From Psammoneis japonica (lineage: Eukaryota): a stretch of DNA of 52,139 nucleotides. Under the pieces are notes generated by a model. It was not told the DNA's origin and did no database searches. It worked only from the letters and a program-made list of their open reading frames with translations. The stretch covers positions 372,001 through 424,139 of the forward strand of contig QPGO01000062.1 of the NCBI GenBank assembly GCA_008632985.1, given 5' to 3'. Both the position numbers and the translations under genes were made by a program. This document shows positions 12,636-24,696 of the stretch, one piece after another. Within the stretch, counting starts at the first letter, position 1, and the number at the start of each line of letters is the position of its first letter.

Positions 12636-13361
12636 GGGCAAACACCTTGGCGCACGCTGTGCCCATCCTCTTTTTCTTGGAGGTGCACTCTTTCCAGTGT
12701 GTGTCTCCAACAATCGGGTGCAGCATGCAGTCACAGAACACTGTCTGCAAAGCTGGGTTTCCCGAGTGATCTTGGAATCTTTCCACCAATGGCAAGATGC
12801 AATTGTTGTCATTGCAGCATGCACAAAGAGCTTCATTTGCGGCAGGGAAAGCAAGTGAGATGACACTTTTGGCAATCACAACAGCCACTCCTGTTTCACT
12901 CTCCATCATCACTCACTGTTGAACTTGTCCCTGCTGCGCCTGGCGTGCATTTAACCTCTTGATTGCCAGCCACTCCTGTTGCATCTTTTTTTGTTTTGTC
13001 GCAAGCCACTGGCAGCGCAGGCATGTTTTTTGCTCTGGCTCGGGCAAATCCTTTGAGCATCCTGTCCATCATCTTGGGGCCGCAATTCTGTTCATGATCT
13101 CTGCAGAGCATGCCCGTTTCCTCCATTTCCTTGTCATTGAATGTGAGTGTGACACTTGGGAACAATGTTTCCTTTGCATGTTCTCTTGCCTTCACCACAT
13201 CTTCCATCACCTTGGCCTGATCCGCCATCCAATTGGTTGAGCTTGCATGCCACTGCACAATGACCATTGTCGTCCACTTCTGCAGCAGTGTTTGTTTCCT
13301 GTGGGTGCTGAATGAAGCACACTGAAGCAATGTGATGGATGTGGTTGAGTCATGCGGATGC

Positions 13362-14677
13362 GATGTGTTTTCATCCCAGGTGAGAAACGCGCGTGCGGAG
13401 GTGAGACGTTTCGTCTGTCCCTTTTCCGTCGACGTGCTTTTTGTGCGAGCAAATCTGACTGGACTTTCCCCCGATTTTTCGTTTCTTCTTTCCACAGACA
13501 TGTTCATTTTGAAAAGCCAGCCGTCACTCTCATTGGTTGAAGGGTGTGCACAAGAAAAGCGCTGTCTCGAAAGCGGCATTTTTTGGAGTGAAACTGACAG
13601 CCATCTGCTCGTTGTTGTCATTCTGGTGCATTTGAGAGACCATTCTGCTGTTTCTTTCACCAAATCTGACTGCTTTGAAAGAATGTGTGCATTGTTCATT
13701 GCACAAAGAGCTCACACCAAAAAAGAACGGCGTTCTAACTCTGTCATTTGCATGAGAAAAATCGGGGGAACTGACTTCGCACGTGATTTTTTTGCACGAT
13801 CGGCCACTTCAAAGATCGACTGATTTGTCGACCTGTGTGGGACACTTGAGTGAATAAAACAATGGGATTGAAATGGCAGTGTCAAAGTTCAATGTGTGTC
13901 CAGTTGTCATGTGATTTGACATGCCCAAGTGGAGTTAAAGATGAAATGTTGACAAAATTTCACCGCTCAAAATGACCAGTTCTATCTTAGAATAAAATGA
14001 AATGGCTGCAACACTGAGATGTGCCAATGGCATTGTTCTACTTTACAACAATGAAACTGTCACACTTGCATCTGAGATTCTTCATCCTCACACACCCTCA
14101 AAACCGAACACACAACGATTCTCTTGTCGGCGGCGAAATCTGATGTTGTCGCGCGACCCAAAAGCATCATCCACAACGACTCAAAGTGCGGACGACACAT
14201 CACAAGAATCACAGCAACGTGTCATAGAAACATTCTTCGTTGTCAGCATCCGGTGTCAAGTGGATGGAGCAGCGCGTTGATGAGAATCCCACTTCGCAAG
14301 CTGAGGAAGAGAGAAAGAGGCATCAAAAATGTCATGAGTCAAAAGGCCACCCACAAGGCACAACAAAAAACAAAGATCAAATTTTCAACCACATCATCGC
14401 ATTGAGCGTTGTCTTGTTGACCTGTCTCGGCATTCTTGCCTTCTCAGTCACAACATCCGTTGGTGCAAGAATGGACGAGTTCATGGCGACGGCATGGCGC
14501 CATTTTCGGTTTGCGCGAATTGTGGTTTGTGGTTCGAGACATGGAAAAACACATTTTTGCTGTCATGGAGCTCGTTTTTTACTGAGATTTTTGGTGCCAA
14601 ATGCACGTCTCATGTAGAAACACGTAGAAAACCTCGTGATGTGTCCAAAAGTTTCTCACCTGGGATGAAAACACATC
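13362..14677 (-). mobile_element. ~1.3-kb non-autonomous TIR DNA transposon, copy 2 (inverted)
   Basis: Reverse complement of 10433-11749 with the same TIRs. Flanks ATGC/ATGG match at 3 of 4 positions. Confidence 0.88.
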
Positions 14678-14699
14678 ATGGCGCGCATGTGATGGTTGT

Positions 14700-17600
14700 C
14701 TTTTTCCCATCCATGTGTGTTGTTTGCTTGCCTGGACGGAGTCTTTCTCCATCATGTTTCTGTTTGTCTGTTCATCTGCGTTCAAATTTAAACAGATCCT
14801 TTCTCCAATTCAAAAATTTTCATCTTTAATTTCTGAACATGTGCGTGCCATGATGTCCAATTGTCTCTTTGTGGCCAACTCTCTAACAGTTGTTGCCACC
14901 ATGCCAAGCAACTCCCATTCAAAAATCAACCGGGTCTGCACCCAATGATTTGGTTCTCAATCCGAAACCTGTGCACCAACAAATGGTTGTGAACAAGCAC
15001 CCAATTGTTTCATCCTGCTTCTGCCGCCTTCCTTGTCTCCAATCAGACTCTTAGCTTGGCATGCCCATTTGCCACTGTCGCTGCCAATGCCCGCAAAATG
15101 CAGCCCATCCCAGTGTGTCTGCCACAACTCAATTGAGCCAGCTGTCGCAAATCACCGTTTTCATTTTCCAAGAACAGCAAATTGCTTGTCAGTTGTCTGT
15201 TTCTGCATCTGAGAATGACAAAGCACCAAGTTGCAGCACAGACTTTAATGGAGATGATGACCCACCCAGTTTCTCACCTGCGGATGACCCGGAGCCCATG
15301 CCTCCCCCGATGAAGAAGTCAAGAAGGAGGAGCAGGAGGAGGGCTGTGATGACAAAGAGCTTGATGATGATTCCTCTCATTGCGAGATGTTCCCTGGCCA
15401 TCTTGCTGTGTCCGTCTCCTCTCCTCCGGATGAGACATCTGAAGAATCAACCAACAACTTGGATCCCTTGAATGGTGAGGCACACCTGATTCACCAACCT
15501 TTTCACTGGCCAAGGAAGCTTCACTTGAGCTGATCATGCTGTGCAACAATTCCAGTGCAACACGTCAATTTTACAGTCAGTTGCTCACCCTGTTGCAATG
15601 ATTTTGCAAGAAGCGGAAATTCAATTGTTTCCAGTGTTTTGGGCGGGAATTTTTGGTGAAGAAACTCTGCAAGAAGGTTTTCCTGCCCCAGCCCGACACT
15701 CGCATCATTGGTGGACGGGGAGTCACTCACTTCCACATGCGGGACATGTTGAGAGATTTGTTTGACGTGCACAATCTCAGCATGAACAAGTCCCTGCTGT
15801 GGGCATGTTTCCACAAGTTTGTTCCTGTCAATGATTGTGATCTCAGCAAGATCATGGGAGAGGCTTTGTTGCCACGCTTGACAGTGGCAAGGATGTCAGC
15901 GGCCATGGCAGGACAAAGGTTTGCAAGGAGACAAAAAAGCTGAGTGCAAGAAGGCAAAACCAAGGTTTTGTGGGAGGAAGTGAGTTTTTCAGATGAGGAT
16001 TTCGACGTAGAATCATGTTGAAATCCTGCCGGAAAGTCGTGACAAGTCAGCAAGCTCCGCTTCACATGACCAGAGTCATGCAAGAGTGGGCCTGCAAGAC
16101 CAAGTGGCAGACAGAGCAGTGTCAAATTTTGGTGAACAGAAAGAAAATGGAGGGATTTCTGATCCCTGCCCCAAGAGTTTGAAAATCGGGAGAGTTGTGG
16201 TCACAATTTTTTGGGCGGGAGGACATGGAATGCGTGGGTGGTGTGCCAGTTGCAGATTGGGAGAGAACACTTGTGGAATCTCCCAGACAAGGGGGTTGAC
16301 AATGAAGACATGCACAAAGTTGGATGAAAAACGTGTGTTTGCACTTCCGTGAAATTGCAAAAGGGAGGTCACATCTTGACCAAGTGCAGAGACATAAATT
16401 TGTTTCATGTCAGAACATGCAACAGAAGTGATTCATGTGCAGCCATTGCAATGGTCAGAATGTGTCATTCTTCATGAATGTCATTGAATGGACGTGAGAT
16501 CTGGTGGCCGCAATGGCGGACGAAGAAAGGAGAGAGAAAGAAACACGGCAAAAAAGCCAGTTTTGGAACAACTTGACAGAGCAAGGTGATGAACTTAAGC
16601 AGCATCAGGCTGTTTGGATGGCGTGCTTGCATTCTGACATTCAGATCAGAAGAGGCGAGGTTGATTGGAGTGCAACCAAGATCAGTGTGATCAAAAAGCA
16701 TGCTTGTGGCAGCGGAAGAATTTTCCTGGCTTGCCAAAGCCAAAGTTGTTAGACTGTTCAGACAGCACACTCAAGTTCTGATGTGCAGAACAGACAAACG
16801 AGGTGGATCGTGTGTGAATCCAGATCAGCTTAGAGCTGGCTTGCTGAGGGCATCCAGATCCAGAGTGATCAGAGAGGGCATTTGCGGCAGCAGGACATGT
16901 TCCAAGCTTGCCAAAAACAAAGACACCCTCAAGCTGCTCAGATGGCATGCTCACGTTCTGACACTCAGATCAGACAAAACGAGGAGGATTGCACTGCAAT
17001 CCGATCAAGTGGCTTGCGGAGGCTGTCTGGATCCAGCATGATCAAGAGGCGTTTGCGGCGATCGGGAACATTCCGATCTGCCAAAACAAAACACCGAACT
17101 GCATTGTTCGCACTCTGATGGAATGAGTCAGAAGTGGCAAGAGCAACGCAGGCATCATGCACAATCGACTTGGCTTGTGGAATCTCTCCGGATCCGAGTC
17201 GACGGCTGACTCATCGTGGCATTGCAGGCTGATCATTGATGACCAAGCCCATCCGCTGTTCGTTGGTGCCACATGTGCAGCTTGTGGGCGATTGTGCAAG
17301 GCATGCCATTCGGCAGAAGCAATGTTTTCAGTGTTGTCGGCCCACATCGGGTCGACGCAACCGACCCCATCATCACCGGCAGTCCGCCAAATGCAATGAG
17401 GGGAACTGGGGCCGGCGGCCTCTCGTCTCGTCCATCGTCTGTCTGTCTCCCACTGCGTGCTGCTGTCACGCGGTGACTCCACCAAGAGCACGACCGCCCA
17501 CAAGGTGTCCTCTCCTTGTGCTGGGCCTGCCGTCTTGGCTCTGACAAAAATCGCCCTTTTCAATTGATGATTTCTCAACCATCATCCGATGAATGACCGC

Positions 17601-18200
17601 CGGAGTTGCTGCAAACAATTGTGTTGGTGCACGAGAATTGAGGGCAAACGCTCTGGAATCTGGAGTTGGGAATTTTTTGGCCTGAAAAAATCGAACCCAA
17701 AAAGTTCGAACTTTTGTCACCAACTTCCTCTCCAGTGTTTTTGGACATTTTTGATGACTTTGAAATGGGGGAACACTTGAGGGTCGTGCATTGGAGTTTT
17801 TGACACCCGGACCCATTTCAGTGCACGCCTTCATGTGTCTGTAGAATGCACTGAAATGTCAAAGGTCCAAATCAAATCGTGTTTGGCGTCTCAAAAACGT
17901 TCCCCCATTTCGGTTCCTCACCAATCAAAGAAATGAGGCGCAACATTCATTGTTCAACAAATGAACATGTTTCAATGATCACACCCAAAACTTGCACCTC
18001 ATCTTCCGAACAAACCGTCAGTGCTTGCCCCCCATTCTCCCCCCCCCATGGAACAAGCAGACTCTCAGCTTTCCATCGATGCATCACATGTGGGGCTGTT
18101 GTTCGTACAAAATTTCAAGTCATCATTGACATTCAACACAACAGCTGGCAGCTAGAAGTGGCAACAGGAATCATTCGAAAATGTCGCATGAGTCACAATT
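14700..18200. other. TpA-depleted relic with broken plus-strand coding-like segments; probable decayed TE
   Basis: Near-absence of TpA. An acidic stretch and fragmented ORFs lie at about 15200-17120. No motif recognised. Confidence 0.35.
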
Positions 18201-18249
18201 GATGTTTTGCACAGGGAAAAACACAAAATTGTGTGGAAATGTGCACAAT

Positions 18250-18512
18250 GTCATACGAGAGAGTGATTAGAGCTAATAACTTTTCGGGAACTGAATTGAA
18301 ATGCTATCTGATCGACGGCATTGGCCTTCACTATGTGAATCAAAATGCCGTCGATCAGACAGCATTTCAATTGATTTCCCGAGAAGTTGACATTCATATA
18401 CGGACTGATGGACAGACTCATTATAATTATTTTTGGTACTGTCCTACACAATTTCTACGTGATGACTCTGAGGACCCGAATGATTCCTATTGTAGAGCTA
18501 GAGTAGAGTACG
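18250..18512 (+). other. Coding-like exon fragment ending at a GTAAGT donor
   Basis: Normal composition and a Tyr-containing open frame (YERVIRANN...CRARVEY), followed by gtaagt at about 18513. The 5' side fades into the TpA-depleted domain. Confidence 0.35.
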
Positions 18513-18589
18513 GTAAGTGCGTCGTTTGTTGTTTGCCATGGTGCGATTTTTTTAGCTTGGTGTTTGTACGTGCGTGCGAGTGACTCACA

Positions 18590-20344
18590 ATGAGCAACAT
18601 GCTGCGTCGATTTGTTGCAAACGCTGCCAAGCAGGCAAAATCTCGAGCATGGTTCAATTTTGGCACAGTCTCCGAAGAGGCGGTTATTGTTCGGTTGAGA
18701 CCACACCGGCGGAGCCAGATTTTTTGTCAAGTCTCGGCTAGTGCCATTGCTCTCTCCTTGTGCGTCTACGTCCTTGGTTCTTCTGATACATGTAAGACTC
18801 ACGGCAGTAAAATAAAGGAAGAGAAGGACGAGCAACTGCATCAGCTACTCATTGGTGCTGCAATATCCGGCGACGGCGAACGCGTCAACGAGCTTCTTCG
18901 GGTAGGCGCAGGACCAACAAATGAGTTGTTAAAGCTTGTGATTCTTTGTGATTATGTTGACGCCCCCCCCGTCGTAGATGCCCTTTTGAAAGATGACTTT
19001 ATTGATCCAAGTAAAGCACTTTTTTACGCTGTGAAAGCCGGAGATATTGAGGTGGTAAAGGTCCTTCTAAAGAATGGTGCCGATCCTAATACTCGAGGTG
19101 TAGAAAAAATATTTTGGGGTCGGACTCCCATGTTTATCGCGGCGGAAATGGGTAATGTAGAAATGGTCGATGTCCTCTTACAACATGGAGCCAATCCCAG
19201 CGAAGTCGACTGGAAAGGGAGGACACCTCTGCATGGAGCAATACGGCATGACCACTATTCAACAGTAAGCTTTCTATTGTCACAGCTTGAAGTGGATACA
19301 AGCGGTGCCTTACAACATGCGTTGAGCTGTGAAATGATCAATTTTCTGCTTGAAAATGGATGTGATGCGCAGGAGTATGGCAGCTCGGAAGATCTGGAAT
19401 GCAAGATAGGTGCTATTCAAGAGGCCAGAAAGAGGCAAGGAGCATCTTCATTTGTTTTACAATCTCAAGGCTGGCGCCCACTTCTTGATATTATGTATGA
19501 CCATCTCAACAATAAGATATCCAGTGCCCGTCGGCGAATGGAAGTTGTTCGTGATGATCCGGCGAACAAACCACTTCTTGAGATTATCAAAAAAGCGTCA
19601 GAGAAAATGGGTGAATTACGAAAGCTGGAAAACAACTTGTACTCAACCGAGTTGAGATTGTCTCAAACCGGCAGCATTGCAGAACAGCAAGCTTTGCTTG
19701 CAAGCAAAGATAAGCTCTTGAGACACGTTGTGGTAGTCTCGCAAGCTCTGGATATGATTAAGTGGGACGAGCAAAATCGACCGACGTGGATTCGGCCTCG
19801 GAAAAGAAGGATTGCAGAACCAGCCATATTTCTAAGTCACACTGGCCAGGATGAGCGTCCGGCCACGTTTGTTGAGTTTCTCCATGAAGCGCTCGTAAAG
19901 GATCACGGGTTAGAAGCATTCTTGGATACCAAAAGCCTCGAAACTGGAGTCACATGGCAGGAAGAGATTGAATATTGTGCGACTCATTGTCGAGTCTTTG
20001 TTTGCGTACTGTCGGATAAATACTTCTCTCGCTACTGGTCTATGCATGAGCTCGACCTTGCCATGCACTCTGGAGTAGAGATTATACCGATATGGCATGG
20101 GTGCAAACCACCCAAAGTCAACAACAACGTGCGGCAAAGCCTTGCTCGGGTTTTGGAAGAGCGCGAAGTTACAGACTCCGAAACGCTGGACCGTTGGTGT
20201 GAGAATCTTCGGAAGCTTGGGATGATTCAAGGTGTTTTCGACGAGTCAACGTCCAAGCATAGCCAAGTGCAATTCCGAGACAAAGCGGCAGCTGACATTG
20301 TCAAGAAGCTAAAGGAGGTTCGAGCTCGCAGTGACACCGAGTAG
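18590..20344 (+). CDS. Ankyrin-repeat / helical linker / C-terminal TIR-domain protein (584 aa)
   Basis: ANK motifs ALFYAVKAGDIEVVKVLLKNGADPN, GRTPMFIAAEMGNVEMVDVLLQHGANP, GRTPLHGA. TIR motifs IFLSHTGQD, AFLD..SL..G..W..EI, VFVCVLSDKYFSRYWSMHEL, IIPIW. Uninterrupted ORF. Confidence 0.9.
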   Translation: MSNMLRRFVANAAKQAKSRAWFNFGTVSEEAVIVRLRPHRRSQIFCQVSASAIALSLCVYVLGSSDTCKTHGSKIKEEKDEQLHQLLIGAAISGDGERVNELLRVGAGPTNELLKLVILCDYVDAPPVVDALLKDDFIDPSKALFYAVKAGDIEVVKVLLKNGADPNTRGVEKIFWGRTPMFIAAEMGNVEMVDVLLQHGANPSEVDWKGRTPLHGAIRHDHYSTVSFLLSQLEVDTSGALQHALSCEMINFLLENGCDAQEYGSSEDLECKIGAIQEARKRQGASSFVLQSQGWRPLLDIMYDHLNNKISSARRRMEVVRDDPANKPLLEIIKKASEKMGELRKLENNLYSTELRLSQTGSIAEQQALLASKDKLLRHVVVVSQALDMIKWDEQNRPTWIRPRKRRIAEPAIFLSHTGQDERPATFVEFLHEALVKDHGLEAFLDTKSLETGVTWQEEIEYCATHCRVFVCVLSDKYFSRYWSMHELDLAMHSGVEIIPIWHGCKPPKVNNNVRQSLARVLEEREVTDSETLDRWCENLRKLGMIQGVFDESTSKHSQVQFRDKAAADIVKKLKEVRARSDTE

Positions 20345-20509
20345 AGTAGAGTCTCTCCTTACTTGCCAGTAGAGGCTACTAACTATGAATATATGTAAGA
20401 CGCCCTGGTTCCTGTTGCTTCGCTTCAACCATCGTAACCATAATCGCCATTAGTCTCGGACGAGATTGCAGAGTTTTGTTGGACTTGCAGTCCTCGAGAC
20501 AATTCTTTC

Positions 20510-21004
20510 ATGTTGTTTCCCGGTAACTTGTTGCATGGAGTGCTGCCGTGTCCCGGCGATCCCGACAATAACAACGACGGCGATAAGGATGAAATCGATT
20601 GGGATCGGCTTTCTGCTCAGACAGGAAGAAAAGCCAAGACTCCTCCAGGTCACCGTTTAACATTTATGGTTGGATTTTGGACGAGACGAGTTCCGGAGAA
20701 AATGAAGGAACGCCGACTGTACGGTCCTTTGCCGCCAGCGACAAGTGACCACACGCGGGTTTCCGAGATTTCCAAGGGTTACAAAGAGACAGGCAACAGC
20801 GCAACACCGGTTGATCCACAAAAGGATTGCGTTCCGCTGCCTAAGATTTTTCCAGCGTGGGAGAGCACACCACATCCAGAAACTGATCGAGATGAAATCG
20901 ATGATCCTCTATTGCGACTCCCAAGTAATGCCCAACGTATCGATCATCGTTTCTTTGTCAAGGGACCACCCAAATGTTTTCACGACAGTCTCTTTGATCC
21001 ATAA
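20510..21004 (+). pseudogene. 3' fragment of a gene with 2OG-Fe(II) oxygenase-like C-terminal motifs
   Basis: FPGNLLHGVLP...HRLTFMVGFW resembles the distal His and Arg strands of the fold. No ATG start or N-terminal half is visible. Confidence 0.4.
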
Positions 21005-21270
21005 CAGGCTTTCAAGATAATATAAGGATAGAATGCTGCGTAAGGTACCATAGAGTGTTCGCTCAGGACCGGCAAAACCGGTGCTCGGGAAACCAACTCG
21101 GCATTTCCCAGCCGACACAAGGGCAGTAATGCTCGAGAGAAGACGAAGGCAGCGTAATTACTTGTGAGAGATGACGAATGGCTAGAAGAGAACATGCTTG
21201 TAGCATTACACCGGTGGCAAGTGGGAACACATCAGCGTGTAGCAAAGGAGCCGTCCGTTGTTGTTGCATC

Positions 21271-21312
21271 AACAAGAGCAAGTTGGGTGCCAATGCCATT
21301 CTCGGAGTTTCG
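21271..21312 (+). pseudogene. 14-codon enolase fragment
   Basis: Translates as NKSKLGANAILGVS, a highly conserved enolase motif. The flanks are not enolase-like. Confidence 0.65.
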
Positions 21313-21753
21313 AGAAGCTTGTCTCCCCACTTATCCCAGATGAGCTCCAGCTTCAAGGTGGGACTCACAGTGGGGAACAGCAACATTTTGCATTTTTTGT
21401 TTCTCAGCGCAAAAATTCATGTGCATTTCCACATGACTTTTGACTCATTTTGCACCAGGTTTCAGTGCAGTTGTTGGGCCATGACTTGCTGAACAACTTG
21501 ACACTCTGGCATGTGCTGCAGCTCCTGCGCCCTCCAACATCTGTGGCTGAGTGCAACAACACACACAAATTTTCCACAATTTTGAGTGTGAAGAGGTGCA
21601 ACAGCACTGCAAAGTGGTCATTGTTTTGATGTCAAAGACAGGTGTGTCTGGTGTGTGACAGCCACAGCGCTTGTGAGGAGTGGAGCTCCATGGTGCAGGG
21701 ACAAATGAGGCCTAGAAATCCCTGCACCTGGAGCTTGGGCACCTCTCCACCAA

Positions 21754-21986
21754 GCTGCAGAAGGCAGCAGCAATGGACAAATGGAGCCACTTGTTGTGTG
21801 CAATGCAGCCCCTTCCTCCTTGCACTGTGGTTTCTGGCATGACCCTCTCCTGGGGCAAACTGGCAGCCCCTGGCTGCAGAAGGCAGTGGCAATGGACAAA
21901 TGGAGCCACTTGTTGTGTGCAATGCAGCCCCCTTTCTCCTTGCACCATGGTTTCTGGAATGACCGTCTCCTGGCAAACCAGCAGCT
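21754..21986. repeat. Two-unit tandem repeat with a period of about 119 bp
   Basis: gctgcagaaggcag..gcaatggacaaatggagccacttgttgtgtgcaatgcagcccc starts at 21754 and 21873. Several unit differences are TG versus CA swaps. Confidence 0.85.
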
Positions 21987-23127
21987 CCTTGTCAAGCCAG
22001 CAGTGCACCCTTTCAGCAGAGGCCAAGTTTGCACACAAATTCCAAATTTTTCAATGCTCAAAAAGAAACTGTCATTGTCAACAAAATGCACCATGCCAGA
22101 TCCATCACAACAACACTCTGATTGAAGCGGGGTTGCACACAAATCTTTGAGCAACACCTTTTTTGTGAAGGGTCAGGAATTGTGGTGCAAAAGAGCAGGG
22201 GAGAGTGTGGACAGACAGAAAGGCAGAAGTTTCAGGAGGCTGAGTCAGGAAGGATGATTGGCAGGTGGCAAGGTGAGCAGAAAAGGTGAGACCAAAGTTG
22301 AGGCGCAAGAGTTGGGTGGCCCAAGATTGAGGGGCAGAGGTGTGGCAGGAAAAAGAGCCAAAACAGTCAGGAGAGAGGTGGTGTCACCAGGTGACATTGG
22401 CTTGGGTGAGAAGATTCATTGGAGAGAGGAGGGAAAATTGGTGGGCTGCAAAGAAGGCATCAGAGTTCAAAAAGTTGGTGAGGTGATTCCAGGGGGGCTT
22501 GGGAGCAGGTGGTGGGACAGAGGAGGAGGAGTCATGAGAATGGCTGCAGAGAAAGACTTGGAAGTGGTGGTCCATGCTGCCAAGGTGGTCAAGGGCAAAA
22601 GGGAGAAGAAGAGAATGCCACATTGGATTGGGGAGTGGCCCAGATGACTCGAACGAATGTTTCAAAACTCGGAGATTTGCCGCAAGGCAGAAATCCAAAG
22701 GTGAGTGGCACAGAACGAAGCTCCCGATCGTTTGCGTTGTCGTCGACATCACCGTTTTTGTCCACACCGTCGCAAAACACATGAACACGAGGAGTGACCT
22801 ATTTATTTATCCTTACTCGATTACTGTTAAAAAATAATTAAAATAGCAACCGTTATCGTATCTATTCGTACTTTCTAAATTGAAATAGTAATTGTTAATA
22901 ATCGGTACATATAAAAGGTCAACTTAAGAATCGATATTTGAATTTCAACTGAGAAGGTATCTACCGTACGGTAGGTAGACTACCGGTAAGTATCGCTTGC
23001 TCACATTTTTCTGCGAACAATCCAAGATCGCACCATCCTGCATTCACTGAAAAGGTAAGGTATCGCTCACAATTCTGCGAAAAATCGAGATCGCAACAAC
23101 AACATCCTCCAACATCCGCTATGTACA

Positions 23128-24288
23128 ATGACGGGGTTTGCTCTTTGCTTACCTGTAAGGCTTCTCCTGGGGATGATCTTGGCGCTCAGCGATGGTGACA
23201 TGCGACAAAACAATATCCCATCAAGACGGAACAGTGGAAAGAAAGCTGTTTCTTCCATGCTCCGTAACGTTTTCGAACAGGATGACGAGAAGGATATCAA
23301 TTATGATGAAAACAACGTCTTTTGGCAGAGACTCTTAGAGAACGTTGGAATGATGAGCGCACCAGTCCCAAATTGTGGACCTCCGCCCGCTCCAACTCCT
23401 GTCCCGGCCTGCACGCCAACAACGGGAGCTTGTGTCTCGACCTTCGTGAGCCTTCAGACGGAGCTGGATGAAGCAGGTCCAAATTCGGTTGTTTCTCTCT
23501 GCGGATCAAACACAATCACTACGCCTTCCGCCGTCTCTGTTACCCAGTCTGGCATTTACTTGTGCTGCGAATCGGAGAATTGCATCATAGAGAGCAGCAC
23601 AACGTCTTCGGATCGGAATCTTGTCGTGACGGGTCAAGACTTTACAATGGCCAAGATGGACATCCGAGGAGGTAGCACTGGGGCAGGACGAGGCGGAGGA
23701 AATGTCGAAATCATCTCCAACGGTACGCATCGTATTTTAGAATGTAGATTTGAAAGCGGTCAACACCAATTCGGTGGTGGAAACTTGTTTATTCAAACAT
23801 CCGGCGGTGTTCTGGTAGATAAGAGCAGGTTCGTCAATGGTGATGCTCCAGGAGGCGGAGGTATGTACGTGTTGGATGCCTCGGATGTTGTCATTACGTC
23901 AAGTGAGTTTTTTGGCAACAACGCTACTGGCACTGGCGGAGGAGGTCTCCTGACAACCCTTTCCACACCGACATCTCCCACGGTGGGACAGCGTATATCC
24001 ATATACAAAACATCCTTTGAAGAGAACACTGCCAGTTTCGGCGGTGGGTATTTGGCGACTGCGATAGGGCAAATGCCTCGTTTGACTATTGTGGATAGTT
24101 TGTTTGAGCAGAACATCGCGTTTGAGGGGGGCGCAGCGGGAATTTTTCTGTATGATGACATTAACACTTTGGATTTATCGCTGTGCTCCAATGATGAGTC
24201 CAAGAACGTTGCAGAGAACGAGTGTGATGACTTTCTCTTCTACTTGGAGGATGACAATCGCTGTATTGCAGTCACTGAGGACTTTTGA
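23128..24288 (+). CDS. Secreted right-handed beta-helix (pectin-lyase-fold / Pmp-repeat-like) protein, 386 aa
   Basis: Hydrophobic N-terminus, Pro-rich linker CGPPPAPTPVPAC, and repeated FxxN..GGG/GGA motifs (FFGNNATGTGGGG, FEENTASFGGG, FEQNIAFEGGAAG). Confidence 0.8.
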   Translation: MTGFALCLPVRLLLGMILALSDGDMRQNNIPSRRNSGKKAVSSMLRNVFEQDDEKDINYDENNVFWQRLLENVGMMSAPVPNCGPPPAPTPVPACTPTTGACVSTFVSLQTELDEAGPNSVVSLCGSNTITTPSAVSVTQSGIYLCCESENCIIESSTTSSDRNLVVTGQDFTMAKMDIRGGSTGAGRGGGNVEIISNGTHRILECRFESGQHQFGGGNLFIQTSGGVLVDKSRFVNGDAPGGGGMYVLDASDVVITSSEFFGNNATGTGGGGLLTTLSTPTSPTVGQRISIYKTSFEENTASFGGGYLATAIGQMPRLTIVDSLFEQNIAFEGGAAGIFLYDDINTLDLSLCSNDESKNVAENECDDFLFYLEDDNRCIAVTEDF

Positions 24289-24652
24289 GAGATTACCGCG
24301 GTTGATTGCAAAGGTCAACTACTGTTGCATGGTGAAACGGAGAACGAGAAAATGAATAAACACAATGCAACAACAATGCTAGGCATGTTATACATAAAAA
24401 CACAATACATGAGCAAAGATCTCGTCTTCTTGTATCCTCACACTGCATCCATACAACATTTCACTGGCCCTGGCATTCGAAGTTCACCGTTGATCGATCA
24501 TGTCATTTAACATCGGGCTAGAGTTCCTACGTTTGCTGCTGACGAGAGAGACATCATCCGACCGCTCAAACGTGCTTCTTGGTAAATTCAAAGCAGACCC
24601 AAAGTCAAGCCTCTCAAGAGGGAGTTACTGACCGGCCTTCTCTTTCTCCAAT

Positions 24653-24657
<5 letters not shown>

Positions 24658-24694
<37 letters not shown>
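24658..24694. repeat. (GA)n microsatellite of about 18 units
   Basis: Perfect GA run. The paralogous site near 37792 has only tagagag. Confidence 0.95.

Positions 24695-24696
<2 letters not shown>

Larger units (their letters stand above)
10132..13350 (-). pseudogene. Degenerate ORF (probably TE-derived) split by nested insertions of the MITE and the 1.3-kb element
   Basis: Removing each insertion and one TSD copy restores reading across the junctions: ...TACAKVFA|HMLLKNNSNVW... and ...AKPKD|TDRSMGLQKHKTPRKSQGWSPKANKFFDNMV.... Product not identified. Confidence 0.5.

Noticed and set aside
22200..22650. Possible non-LTR retrotransposon fragment on the minus strand
   Set aside because: Only a compositional impression. 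No RT or endonuclease motif is recognisable.
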